DNA of 57,896 nucleotides, filler included, from Squatina squatina (Eukaryota), in the NCBI GenBank assembly GCA_031763465.1. It is 4 parts of 4 records of this genome, joined end to end, with 100 filler letters (N's around TTAATTAATTAA, not from the genome) between each part and the next. Parts side by side here need not be neighbours in the genome. Positions count along the whole stretch, not along the records: positions 1 to 13,424 come from JARFOE010000235.1; positions 13,525 to 27,172 come from JARFOE010000176.1; 2 more parts are not named here. One strand, 5' to 3'. Position numbers and translations under genes: made by a program. The notes beneath the pieces were generated by a model. The model worked only from the letters and a program-made list of their open reading frames with translations, had not been told where the DNA came from and did no database searches. Positions 11,561 to 24,137 of this stretch are shown one piece after another (position 1 is the stretch's first letter; each line of letters starts with the position of its first letter).

Positions 11561-13424
11561 TAGATGTTCTTTTCTGTGAGGGATGCTATAAAAATACAAG
11601 TTAGTGTTTTACCCTTTGGTGCCAACTCTAGGGATACCCCACACTTTTTAGACAATTTTAATGTTCTGTGGCAGTTGTAACAATTCATTGAGGGCTCACT
11701 TAGCAAAATCCTTCATTGCAAATATTTTAAGTTTATCTCACGTAGGTTTACAGAACAATTGGGTACATATCACCCTCTAGACCCAAGTAAACCACCCCTG
11801 AAGTTAGGAAGGGCTGGAATATTTTTGACATTGGCAATTAAACCTGATTTTAAAAATGACATTTTTAAATCATCTTACTCCAGTATTCCAAACCCTTAGT
11901 TTAACTGTAGTACATGGAAGTTAACCATACAATTAAACAATGGTCAGCCTAAATGGTCTTTTGATCGCCTAAGTGGTACCAGGATTATATTTAGTACAGC
12001 TTTCTAATAATGTATTTACTTTATCTCCAAGCTCACTATTGTTCCCCTGTGACCAGCTAAATGTGAATCCAGAGGTACTATCACCAAATACTCGGAGATA
12101 TTGCTACGTAGACTGTAGCCTACAGCTAGTTGGGCAGCTATGTACTATTCCCTCTTGTTTTTATTTCTAACCTGTTCACACGTCATGTGATTTGGATCAG
12201 GAAACGTGATACGCACAATGGCATCTGAACAGTATTAAAACAACGGTTCAAAAAAGGAAGTTAACAAACTCACATGGCATCTCAAGAAAGAGACTAGACA
12301 AGTGATTTTAACTGAAAGTGCCTGTAGTCTAGACCTTAAACCCCAAGATGTCAGATTCAGAAGCTTGGCTTGCCAACATCAAAAAGTACGGAAAAATTAG
12401 AGAAGCTACTGAAATCTGAGTAATGTAAAATAAGGATTTAAGTGAAGGAAGTCAGCTTAATGTATCAGCTCATATGAATTCCTTCTATAGAAATGTCTAA
12501 CACCACCAGAGCTAAGAGGCTTAACGTTTACACTACACGTAATTGACAGGTGGTATCTAAGGAGCAAACAGATTCTGCCTAAAGGGAAAGTAACAGCACC
12601 TGTGACAGTGCTCAAGTAAGTAAGTAAGTGCAAAAATGGAATGAAAAATTTGAGACATTTAGAAATTAGTGAAATAACAGTGGTNNNNNNNNNNNNNNNN
12701 NNNNNNNNNNNNNNNNNNNNNNNNNNNNNNNNNNNNNNNNNNNNNNNNNNNNNNNNNNNNNNNNNNNNNNNNNNNNNNNNNNNNCTCTCCCAATTTGTTG
12801 CCTTCCAGTCTGCGACCATCTTTTCCCCTCTGCTCTGCAAAGTTCTTCGGCTCTGCTCTCCACGGGAAGAGTTCTATCGGGCTGTAAGTGGTTCGAGGAG
12901 CAAAGGAAGCATTGCACCCATTTTTTGCACAGTTTTTCTTTCTGTTATTAAATTATTTTAACGCTAATAGCAAGTTGCCCGTTTAAAAAAAAATTCAAAT
13001 TCTAAGCATGGTAAAACCCTAAACTTTACAGTGAAAGAATTACAAATACTGGATGACAAGCTTCTGTCTACTGCAGTGCATTACAGTAAATTGAGAACTG
13101 CTGAGTTTTAAAAGGTGGTAATCATGATAATAACAGTGAAATGAGTCACTTACACAATAATTACTTCAACGTTAAGGGCATTTGCTTTCTACTCCTTAGT
13201 TTTAAAGCACGAAAGCTTTTAGCAATCTAATTTGAGAATAACCTCATGCTTATTCATTGAGTTTAGCATTGATTTTTAAAATATGACAGGAGAGCCAATA
13301 ACAAGTCCTTTATTCACCACACCAAGAAATAAAAGCCAACAAGAAAAATTGTATTAACACATATTTCGAGACTTCCGATGAGTCAAATATTTAAAGTAAA
13401 CTTAAAATTTAATAAGATAGAAGG

Positions 13425-13524
13425 NNNNNNNNNNNNNNNNNNNNNNNNNNNNNNNNNNNNNNNNNNNNTTAATTAATTAANNNNNNNNNNNNNNNNNNNN
13501 NNNNNNNNNNNNNNNNNNNNNNNN
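13425..13524. other. Artificial contig linker (44 N + TTAATTAATTAA + 44 N)
   Basis: The 12-mer has stop codons in all six frames, is embedded in Ns, and recurs identically at 27173-27272 and 42650-42749. Confidence 0.95.
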
Positions 13525-13635
13525 CCTCACATGCACTGTTCCTCGCTGAGCATAAGGCAGGAGAAGACTCCTCTGGGTGGATATGGCGTCCTGCTGAGAC
13601 CCCTTCTCCTCTTCCTCCCTCTTCAAGCAGCTTGT

Positions 13636-14135
13636 CCTCCTCCGCCCCACTCCCACTCTGACCTCTCTGTCTTCGACCTCTTACACTGTTCCAATGAAGC
13701 TCAACGTAAGTTCAAGGAACAGCACCTCATCTTTTAATTAGGCACTTTACAGCCTTCTGGACTTAACATCAAGTTGAACAATTTCAGATCATAACCTCTG
13801 CCCCCTTTTTTTGGGATGGCAGCTGTTGATGATTCTGCCATTCCCATTTCCACCTCTTCAAGACCCATCTTTTATTTCTTTACTTGTCCCATTAGCTTTT
13901 GCCTTGCACCATCATACCTTTTGTCATTTAATCACTCCTGCCTTCTACCCTATCACAGACCTTCCATTTTGTTCTTTCCTCCCCTGCCCCCTTTCCCTGC
14001 CTCTGTACTTGCTTAAAACCTGTTACATCTCTTAACTTTTTCCAGTTCTGATGAAAGGACATCGATCTGAAATGTTAACTTTGCTTCTCTCTCCACAGAT
14101 GCTGGCTGAAGGGTTGCATATTTCCAGCATCTCCT
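13636..14135 (+). mobile_element. Penelope-like retroelement 3' portion (GIY-YIG endonuclease C-terminus plus 3' region)
   Basis: Translates SDLSVFDLLHCSNEAQRKFKEQHLIF*LGTLQPSGLNIKLNNFRS*, the typical R..E...I..L.T..P.GLN end of Penelope GIY-YIG domains. Followed by a pyrimidine-rich UTR and a CTGATGA...GAAA motif. Confidence 0.8.
14044..14080 (+). ncRNA. Degenerate minimal type I hammerhead ribozyme motif
   Basis: AGTT-CTGATGA-A-AGGAC-ATC-GATCT-GAAA-TG-TT-AACT: CUGAUGA and GAAA core boxes, imperfect stem II, AGTT/AACT stem I. Located within a Penelope-like element. Confidence 0.6.
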
Positions 14136-14794
14136 TTTGTCAACTCATTGTGTTAAAAAACATCTCTGGTAATTTTCTATTACCACTGAAGTCAGTCAGA
14201 AGAGCTGTAATATGGAATGCTGACTCACTATCACCCGTATTACTCTGTTACACAAAGTCAAGATCTACCCCACACTGATACGATTCTAGCTTCTGCTTTC
14301 TGCTGGGTTGCTTCTGGAGCAAACATAAAAGAGCATATCCCATATTGGCTTCAGTGCGACTTTTTCCAGTACAACAGCAGTGCCAATATGCTAAACAAGC
14401 CTGGTAGAAACATAGATGTCAATCAATCCTCACAGGGTCATAGCATTGAGAGGCGACTGATGGCGATGACAGTGTAGTACCGGTTGAGCTTTTACTGAAT
14501 GGGGCAGCCTATCCAGCGGAATATACGAGTTGACAGGAATCCTGGCAATTCTTTTGAAGAGATTAAAAATAAGCAGTGGCGGTATAGAGGCTGCTTTGCA
14601 ATCCATATATTCCTGATGGGATTGCCCCTTTAAAGAATGCCATTGGCAAGGCAGGAGGCAAAGCAAGAAAGATGATTTGCAAGACATTTGCTCTGCAGTA
14701 AAGCCTTCCATTGTACCTAGTTGGGGCTGCTGCCTGGAGGCAGGATCAAAGGAAACAGAACAGAAAGGATTTGAAGCCACATAACCCTAGTGAG

Positions 14795-15318
14795 CATAAG
14801 AACATAAGAACGTAAGAATTAGGTGCAGGCACAGGCCATTCAGCCCCTCAAGCCTGCTCCGCCATTCAACAAAATCATGGCTGATCTTCGACCTCGACTC
14901 CACTTTTCCGCCTGATCCCCATATCCCTTGATTCCCCTAGAGTCCAATAATCTATCGATCTCAGCCTTGAATATATTTAATGATCCACCATCCACAGCCT
15001 GTTGGAGTAGTGCATTCCAAAGACTCAACCCTTTGAGTGAAGAAATTCCTTCTCATCTTGATCTTAAATAGCCTACCCCTTATCCTGAGACTATGTCCCC
15101 GAGTTCTAGACTCTCCAGCCAGGGGAAACAACCTCTCAGCATCTACCCTGTCAATGTCCCTCAGAATCTTATATGTTTCAATGAGATCGCCTCACATTCT
15201 TCTAAACTCCAGAGTATGGGCCCAATCTACTCAATCTTTCCTCAGAGGAAAACCCTCTCATCCCAGGAATCAATCTAGTGACCTTCGTTGCACCGCCTCT
15301 AAGGCAACTATATCCTTC
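14795..15318 (-). mobile_element. CR1-type LINE ORF2 C-terminus and 3' end, cut by gap
   Basis: (CATAAGAA)n tail. Minus-strand peptides KDIVALEAVQRR and SLWNALLQQAVDGGSLNIFKAEIDRLLDSRGIKGYG are typical of the CR1 ORF2 end. Confidence 0.9.
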
Positions 15319-15418
15319 NNNNNNNNNNNNNNNNNNNNNNNNNNNNNNNNNNNNNNNNNNNNNNNNNNNNNNNNNNNNNNNNNNNNNNNNNNNNNNNNNN
15401 NNNNNNNNNNNNNNNNNN

Positions 15419-18400
15419 AATGTCTCTCACCAATTGAACAATGTCCCTCACCAATTGAACAATGTCTCTCACCAATTGAACAATGTCCCTCACCAATTGA
15501 ACAATGTCTCCCACCAATTGAACAATGTCTCTTACCAATTGAACACTGAGTGCACCATTTCAACAATGTCCCTCATCAATTGAACAATGTCCCTCACAAA
15601 TTGAACAAGGACTCTCAACAGTTGAACAAGGTCTCTCACCAATTGAACAATGTCCCTCACCAATTGAACAATATCCCTCTCCAATTAAACAAAGTCTCTC
15701 ACCATTTGAACAATCCCTTCACCAATTGAACAATGTCTCTGACCAATTGAAGAATCTCGTTCACCATTTGACAATGTCTTCACCAAATGAATAATGTATC
15801 TCACCAATTGACTAATGTCTCCCACCAATTGAACAACGTCACTCAGCGATTGAACAATGTCTCTCACCGATTGAACAATGTCTGTCACCAATTGAACAAT
15901 GTCACTCACCGAATGAACAATGTCTCTCACCATTTGAACAATGTATTCACCACTTGAACAATGTCCATCAACAATTGAACAATGTCTTTCACAAATTGAA
16001 CAGTGACTGCACCATTTCAACAATGCCCCTCACCAATTGAACAATGTATTCACCGTTTGAACAATGTATCTCACCAATTGAACAATGTCATTCACCAATT
16101 GAACAATGTCTCTGAACAATTGAACCATGTCCCTCGTCTATTGAACATTGTCAGTCACCAATTGAACCATGGTTCGCAACAATTGTACAATGTCCCTCAG
16201 CAATTGAACAATGTCTCGTAGCAACTGAACAATGACTGCACCATTTGAACAATGTCTCTCACCAATTGAACAATGTCCCTCACCAATTGAACAATGTCTC
16301 TCACCATTTAAACAACGTCTTCTCCAATTGAACAATGTCTCTCACCAATTGAACAATGTCTCTCAACAATTGAACAATGCCCACATCTATGGAACAATGT
16401 CTCTAATCAAGTGAACAATGTTATTCACAAATTGAACAATGTCCGTCACCAATTGAACAATGTATCTCACCAATTGTACAATGTCCCTCGCCTATTGAAC
16501 CATGTTTCTCACCAATGGAACAATGTTTCTCACCAATTGAACAACGTCCCTCACCTATTGAGAAATGCATCTGAACAATTGTACAATATCCCTCACCATT
16601 TGAACAATGTCCTTCACCAATTGAACAATGAGTTCACCATTTCAACAATGTCTCTCACCATTGAACAATGCCCCTTCTCAATTGAACAGTATCCCTCTCC
16701 AAATAAACAAAGTCTCTCCCCATTTGAACAATCCCTTCACCAATAGAACAATGTTCCTCACCAATTGAACAACGTCACTCATCAATTAAACAATCTCCCT
16801 AACCAATTGAAGAAGGTCTCTCAACAATTGAACAAGGTCTCTCACCACTTGAATAATGTCCCTCACCAATTGAACAATGTATTCACCAATTGAACAATGT
16901 CTCTGACCAACTGAAGAATGTCGTTCACCATTTGACAATGTCTTCACCAAATGAACAATGTATCTCACCAAATGACCAATGTCTCCCACCAATTGAACAA
17001 TGTCACTCAGCGATTGAATAATGTTTCTCACCGATTGAACAATGTCTCTCACCAATTGATCAATGTCACTCACCGAGTGAACAACGTCGCTCACCATTTG
17101 AACAATGTATTCACTACTTGAACAATGTCCCTCACCAATTGAACAATGTCCCTCACCAATTGAATAACGTCTTCACCATTTGAATAATGTCCATCACCAA
17201 TTGACCAATGTCCCTCACCAATTGAACAATGTCCCTCACCAATTGAACAATGTCTCCCGCCAATTGAACAATGTCTCTTACCAATTGAACACTGAGTGCA
17301 CCATTTTAACAATGTCCCTCATCAATTGGACAGCGTCCCTCAAAAATTGAACAAGGACTCTCAACAGTTGAACAAGGTCTCTCACCACTTGAACAATGTC
17401 CCTCACCAATTGAACAATGTATTCACCAATTGAACAATGACTTCACCATTTCAAAAATGTTCCTCACCAATTGAACAAGGTCTTCACAAATTGAACAAGG
17501 ACTCTCAACAGTTGAACAAGGTCTCTCACCAATTGAACAATGTCCCTCACCAATTGAACAATATCCCTCTCCAATTAAACAAAGTCTCTCACCATTTGAA
17601 CAATCCCTTCACCAATTGAACAATGTCTCTGACCAATTGAAGAATCTCGTTCACCATTTGACAATGTCTTCACCAAATGAATAATGTATCTCACCAATTG
17701 ACTAATGTCTCCCACCAATTGAACAACGTCACTCAGCGATTGAACAATGTCTCTCACCGATTGAACAATGTCTGTCACCAATTGAACAATGTCACTCACC
17801 GAATGAACAATGTCTCTCACCATTTGAACAATGTATTCACCACTTGAACAATGTCCATCAACAATTGAACAATGTCTTTCACAAATTGAACAGTGACTGC
17901 ACCATTTCAACAATGCCCCTCACCAATTGAACAATGTATTCACCGTTTGAACAATGTATCTCACCAATTGAACAATGTCATTCACCAATTGAACAATGTC
18001 TCTGAACAATTGAACCATGTCCCTCGTCTATTGAACATTGTCAGTCACCAATTGAACCATGGTTCGCAACAATTGTACAATGTCCCTCAGCAATTGAACA
18101 ATGTCTCGTAGCAACTGAACAATGACTGCACCATTTGAACAATGTCTCTCACCAATTGAACAATGTCCCTCACCAATTGAACAATGTCTCTCACCATTTA
18201 AACAACGTCTTCTCCAATTGAACAATGTCTCTCACCAATTGAACAATGTCTCTCAACAATTGAACAATGCCCACATCTATGGAACAATGTCTCTAATCAA
18301 GTGAACAATGTTATTCACAAATTGAACAATGTCCGTCACCAATTGAACAATGTATCTCACCAATTGTACAATGTCCCTCGCCTATTGAACCATGTTTCTC

Positions 18401-21400
18401 ACCAATGGAACAATGTTTCTCACCAATTGAACAACGTCCCTCACCTATTGAGAAATGCATCTGAACAATTGTACAATATCCCTCACCATTTGAACAATGT
18501 CCTTCACCAATTGAACAATGAGTTCACCATTTCAACAATGTCTCTCACCATTGAACAATGCCCCTTCTCAATTGAACAGTATCCCTCTCCAAATAAACAA
18601 AGTCTCTCCCCAGTTGAACAATCCCTTCACCAATAGAACAATGTTCCTCACCAATTGAACAATGTCACTCATCAATTAAACAATCTCCCTAACCAATTGA
18701 AGAAGGTCTCTCAACAATTGAACAAGGTCTCTCACCAATTGAATAATGTCCCTCACCAATTGACCAATGTATTCACCAATTGAACAATGTCTCTGACCAA
18801 TTGAAGAATGTCGTTCACCATTTGACAATGTCTTCACCAAATGAACAATGTATCTCACCAATTGACCAATGTCTCACACCAATTGAACAATGTCACTCAG
18901 CGATTGAACAATGTCTCTCACCGGTTGAACAATGTCTCTCACCAATTGAACAATGTCACTCACCAAGTGAACAATGTCTCTCACCATTTGAACAATGCAT
19001 TCACCACTTGAACAATGTCCCTCACCAACTGAACAATGTCCCTCACCAATTGAACAACGTCTTCAACATTTGAACAATGTCCATCACCAATTGAACAATG
19101 TCTCTCACCAATTGAACAATGTCTCTCACCATTTAACCAACGTCTTCACCAATTGAACAATGTCTCTCACCAATTGAACAATGTCTCCGAACAATTGAAC
19201 AATGTCCCTCATCTATTGAACAATGTCTCTCATCAAGTGAACAGTGTCATTCACAAATTGAACAATGTCCCTCACCAATTGAACAACGTATCTCACCGAT
19301 TGTACAATGTCCCTCGCAATTTGAACCATGTTTCTCACCAATGGAACAACGTCCCTCACGTATTGAGAAATGTATCGAAACAATTGGACAATATCCCTCA
19401 CCATTTGAAAATGTCCTTCACCAATTGAACAATGTGTTCACAATTTCAGCAATATGTCTTATCCATTGAACAATGCCCCTTCGCATTTGAACAATATCTC
19501 TCACCATTTAATCAACGTCTTTACAAATTGAACAATGTTTCTCACCAATTGAACAATGTCTGTCACCAATTGAACAAGATCGTTCACAGTTTCAACAATG
19601 TTTTTACCAATTGAACAATTTATCTCACCAATTGAAAAATGACTCTCGAAAATTGAACAATATCTCTCACCATGTTAACAATGTCTTCACCAATTGAACA
19701 ATGTCCCTCACCAATTGAACAATGTCTCACACCAATTGAACAATGTCTCTCATCATTTGAACAATGTCCCTCACCATTTGAACAATGTCTCTCACAATTT
19801 GAACAATGTCTCTCATCAATTGAACAATGTCTCTCACCAATTGAAAAATGTCTTCATCTATTGAACAATGTCTCTGACCAATTGAAAAATGTCCCTCACC
19901 ATTTGAACAATGTCTCGCACCAATTGAACAATGTCCCTCACCTCTTGAACAATGTCTCACACGAATTGAACTATGTTCCTCAACAATTCAACAGTGTCCC
20001 TCACCAATTGAACAATATCTCTCACAAATTGAAAATGGTCTCTCACCAATTGAAAATGGTCTCTTGCCAATTGAACAATGATTGCACCATTTGAACAATG
20101 TCTCTCACCAATTGAACAATGTATCTTTCAAATTGAACAATGACTGCACCACTTGAACACTGTCCCTCACCAATTTGACAATGTATTCACCAATTGAACA
20201 ATGTCTTCACCATTTCAACAATGTCCCTCACCAATTGAACAAGGTCTTCACCATTGAACAATGTCCCTCACCAATTGACCAATGTCTCCCACCAATTGAA
20301 CAATGTCACTCAGCGATTGAACAATGTCTCTCACCGATTGAACAATGTCTCTCACCAATTGAACAATGTCTCGCACCAATTGAACAATGTCTATCACCAA
20401 TTGAACAATGTCTCGCACCAATTGAACAATGTCTTCATCAATTGTACAATGTATCTCACAAATTGAACAATGACTCTCACCAATTGAATAGTGTCTCTTC
20501 CCAAGTGAAAAATGTCCGTCACCATTTGAACAATATCTCGCACCAATTGAACAATGTCTCTCAACATTTGAAAAATGTAACTCACCAATTGAACAATGTG
20601 CATCACCAATTGAACAATGTATTCACCATTTGAACAATGTCTCTCACCAATTGAACAATGTCTCTCACTGACTGAATATTGTCATTCACCAATTGAACAA
20701 TGGTTCGCAACAAGTAAACAAGGTCTCTCAACATTTGAGCAATGTCTCTCACCAATTGAACAATATCTCTCACCAATTGAACAATGTCTCTCATCAAATG
20801 AACAATGTCTCTCACCAAGTAAACAATGTCTCTCACCATTTCAACAATGTCCCTCATCTATTGAACAATGTCTCTCATCAAGTGAACAAAGTCTCTCACA
20901 AATTGAATGATGTCCGTCACCAATTGAACAAGGTATCTCACCAATTGTACAATGTCCCTCACCATTTGAAACATCTCTCACACCGACTGAACAATGTTTC
21001 TCACCAATTGAACAATGTCTCACACCAATTCAAAAATGTCCTTCACCAATTGAACAAGGAGTTCATCATTTGATCAATGTCTCTCATCAATTGAACAATG
21101 TTCCTCACCAATTGAACAATGTCCCTCACCAATTGAGCAATGTCCCTCACCAATTGAACAATGTCCCTCACCAATTGAACAACGTCTTCACCATTTGAAC
21201 AATTTCCATCACCAATTGAACAAAGTCCCTCACCAATTGAACAATGTCTCTCACCAATTGAGCAATGTCCCTCACCAATTGAGCAATGTCCCTCACCAAT
21301 TGAACAATGTCCCTCACCAATTGAGCAATGTCCCTCACCAATTGAACAATTTCTCTCACCAATTGAACAATGTGCATTACCAATTCAACAATGTATTCAC

Positions 21401-22102
21401 CATTTGAACAATGTTTCTCACAGTTTGAACAATGTATCTCACCAATTGAACAATGTCCCTCACAAATTGAACAATGTCTCTCACCATTTAACCAACGACT
21501 TCACCAATTGAACAATGTCTCTCAACAATTGAACAATGTCCCTCATCTATTGAACAATGTCTTTCATCCAGTGAACAATGTCATTCACAAATTGAACAAT
21601 GTCCGTCACCAATTGAACAACGTATCTCACCAATTGTACAATGTCCCTCGCCATTTGAACCATGTTTCTCACCAATTGAACAATGTTTCTCACCAATTGA
21701 ACAACGTCCCTCACCTATTGAGAAATGTATCTGAACAATTGTACAATATCCCTCACCATTTGAACAATGCCCCTTCCCAATTGAACAATATCTCTCACCA
21801 TTTCATCAACGTCTTCGCCAATTGAACAATGTCCCTCGCCAATTGAACAATGTCCCTCACCAATTGAACAATGTCTGTCACCATTTGAACTAGGTGGTTC
21901 ACAGTTTGAACAATGTTTTTACCAATTGAACGATGTATCTCACCAATTGAAAAATGACTCTCGGCAATTGAACATTGTATCTCACCATGTGAACCATGTC
22001 TCTCACCAATTGAACATTGTGTCTCACCAACTGAACAATGTCCATCACCTATTGAAAAATGTGTCTTAACAATCGTACAATATCCATCACCATTTGAACA
22101 AT
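15419..22102. repeat. 21-bp tandem satellite/minisatellite, consensus CACCAATTGAACAATGTC(T/C)CT, ~6.7 kb, roughly 320 units
   Basis: Directly visible continuous array with diverged 20-21 nt units. An internal duplication at offset 1890 nt is shown by identical ORF translations (15685/17575, 16003/17893, 16138/18028, 16232/18122). The left end is hidden in a gap. Confidence 0.97.
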
Positions 22103-22639
22103 TTATTTCTGTTGCTCAGGAATTCTCCAGTGACATGATCACAGCACAGGTCTGATACAATCACCCGTCACTTTTAATCGCAGTTTCATCCCGTGCACAT
22201 GCTGGGCTCTTATCTGGTATCGCACTGTATCTACTGTCTTCAAAACATCACAGTCTCAGCTCATTAAAAATCTCCGCGCGTATTAGGTGTCATTCATCAA
22301 AGAACTGAACAAACACAATTGTCCCTTCAGGACATAGGGGTCCAATTATTTCCCACCCAGCTGGTTTTTTTGTGCGTGTTCTCTTTTCCAGTTAAATTTG
22401 TCCCAGTGAATGAAAGATAAAGAGAGGCAGGAAGGATAGACGGTATTTTGAAAAAGAGAAAGATTGCTCATCGCAATCAAATTTCATGCGAAAAAATATA
22501 TTGTCACTGTATAGTCCCAGAGAAAATAATTGGGTTTTGTGCTGTTTAATGATGAAATGGAATTTCATCTGACCTGCAGATTCAGGTACCAGTCATCTTA
22601 GAGTAGAGGCAAATTAGGTGGAACAGAATTATCAGCTAG

Positions 22640-22966
22640 AGAGACAGGGGGCAGGAAGAGAGATAAAAGGCAGCACATGGGGAAAAAGAGTGGAAGACTC
22701 GCACACATGCACAGATGAAGAGAATGAAAAAATAAGAGAAAAAGAGAAGCAATGTGGGGCAGAGAAAGAGAAACAGGAATAGAAAAGGATGAAGAGAGAG
22801 AAATAGTGAGAGAGAGAAAAAGAGAGCGAGAGAGAGCAAGGCCAACAATGTGGGGCACAGAAAGAAACAGGGCTAAAAAAGGAAAACCAGATGGAGGGAA
22901 AGAATAATGGCGAATGCATGAGAAAAAGAGGTAGAAAGAGAGAGAGAGTGAGAATTTCAGGAGAGT
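22640..22966 (+). repeat. Purine-rich GA low-complexity tract
   Basis: Degenerate (GA)n/(GAAA)n sequence with a local duplication of AATGTGGGGCA.AGAAAG...AACAGG. Confidence 0.75.
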
Positions 22967-23098
22967 GAACACCATTGTTTATCTGACTCTGAAACTGCNN
23001 NNNNNNNNNNNNNNNNNNNNNNNNNNNNNNNNNNNNNNNNNNNNNNNNNNNNNNNNNNNNNNNNNNNNNNNNNNNNNNNNNNNNNNNNNNNNNNNNNN

Positions 23099-23187
23099 AA
23101 GATGGTTGGGCCGAGGACACTGCCCTGAGGAACTCCTGCAGTGGTATCCTTGAGCTGAGATGACTGACCTCAAACAACCACAACCAT
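23099..23187 (-). mobile_element. LINE reverse transcriptase fragment
   Basis: Minus strand reads MVVVV*GQSSQLKDTTAGVPQGSVLGPTI (GVPQGSVLGP RT motif), next to a gap. Confidence 0.85.
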
Positions 23188-23934
23188 GAATGGAATGGAA
23201 TTAATTTCAATGGATTGAAAACTGCAGGGAGTGCACCCACGATTTCTCGATAGGCACCCCCAGCTGGGGAGACTGCCTGCCAGGCGCATTTCTTGTAAAA
23301 TCAGACCTGTGATGTTGAGTGATTGTTTTAGTCAGACTTCACTGAGCTAGTATTTTGATTTTCTGCCACAAGTCCATACAAATCTGAATGTGTTCTAATA
23401 CTTGCTGCCGATTGTTGAATGGTATGAACCACCTCTGTTATCCGTAGATTCCGTATGGCAGGCTGCCTTAATACCATAAAGCAACTGAATAAGGCAGAAA
23501 TGTGATGGTAGTGAGAGGGAATTAGTAATTACAGTTGGAATAATATTAAGCAATGTGATTCGCTCCTTGTCACATCTTTTTATCCGACAAGATTTATTAA
23601 TACAACTGCTGTAAAAATCAAATGGTGGATCAATGTACAATCTGATCAGTACAGAACAACTTTACTAACCTCCGTGCACAATAATTGCAATCCTCAGTTT
23701 CATAAGAATCTGAGTTAAAAGCTGAAATCAACAAATAGACAAAATTATTTAAAATATTTCTAAACTAGATACTGAGCTTCCCTTCTTTGTAAGATGATGA
23801 AATTTTTGTTTCAAATGGATGGTTCCTATTATTATTTTACTTGCTGCAGAGTCTAGCATTACCAAAACCTTTTAGACTGCAATAGTGAGCAATTAATAAA
23901 AAAAAGGGCTGCATCCTGTAAGTTTTACCTAAAT

Positions 23935-24010
23935 TCAGGATCCTGAAGGGAGAGAGTGAGCGGCCGGAGGTGGTGGTACACGTTGGTACCAACGACGTTG
24001 GAAGGACGAG
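23935..24010 (+). mobile_element. CR1 ORF1 esterase (SGNH) fragment
   Basis: Translates RILKGESERPEVVVHVGTNDVGRT, containing the VVHVGTND block of CR1 ORF1 esterases. Runs into a gap. Confidence 0.85.
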
Positions 24011-24137
24011 NNNNNNNNNNNNNNNNNNNNNNNNNNNNNNNNNNNNNNNNNNNNNNNNNNNNNNNNNNNNNNNNNNNNNNNNNNNNNNNNNNNNNNNNNN
24101 NNNNNNNNNNGGAGTGAGATGAGTGCTGCATGAACAG

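Noticed and set aside
13469-13480. TTAATTAATTAA palindrome as a biological motif
   Set aside because: Isolated within Ns and repeated three times in identical format; it is a synthetic linker.
15419-22102. Possible CRISPR array
   Set aside because: Units are contiguous diverged monomers with no unique spacers, no cas genes are present, and the context is vertebrate.
22598-23240. Hydrophobic F/L/S-rich ORFs as membrane proteins
   Set aside because: They are translations of a CT-rich low-complexity strand, partly spanning a gap.
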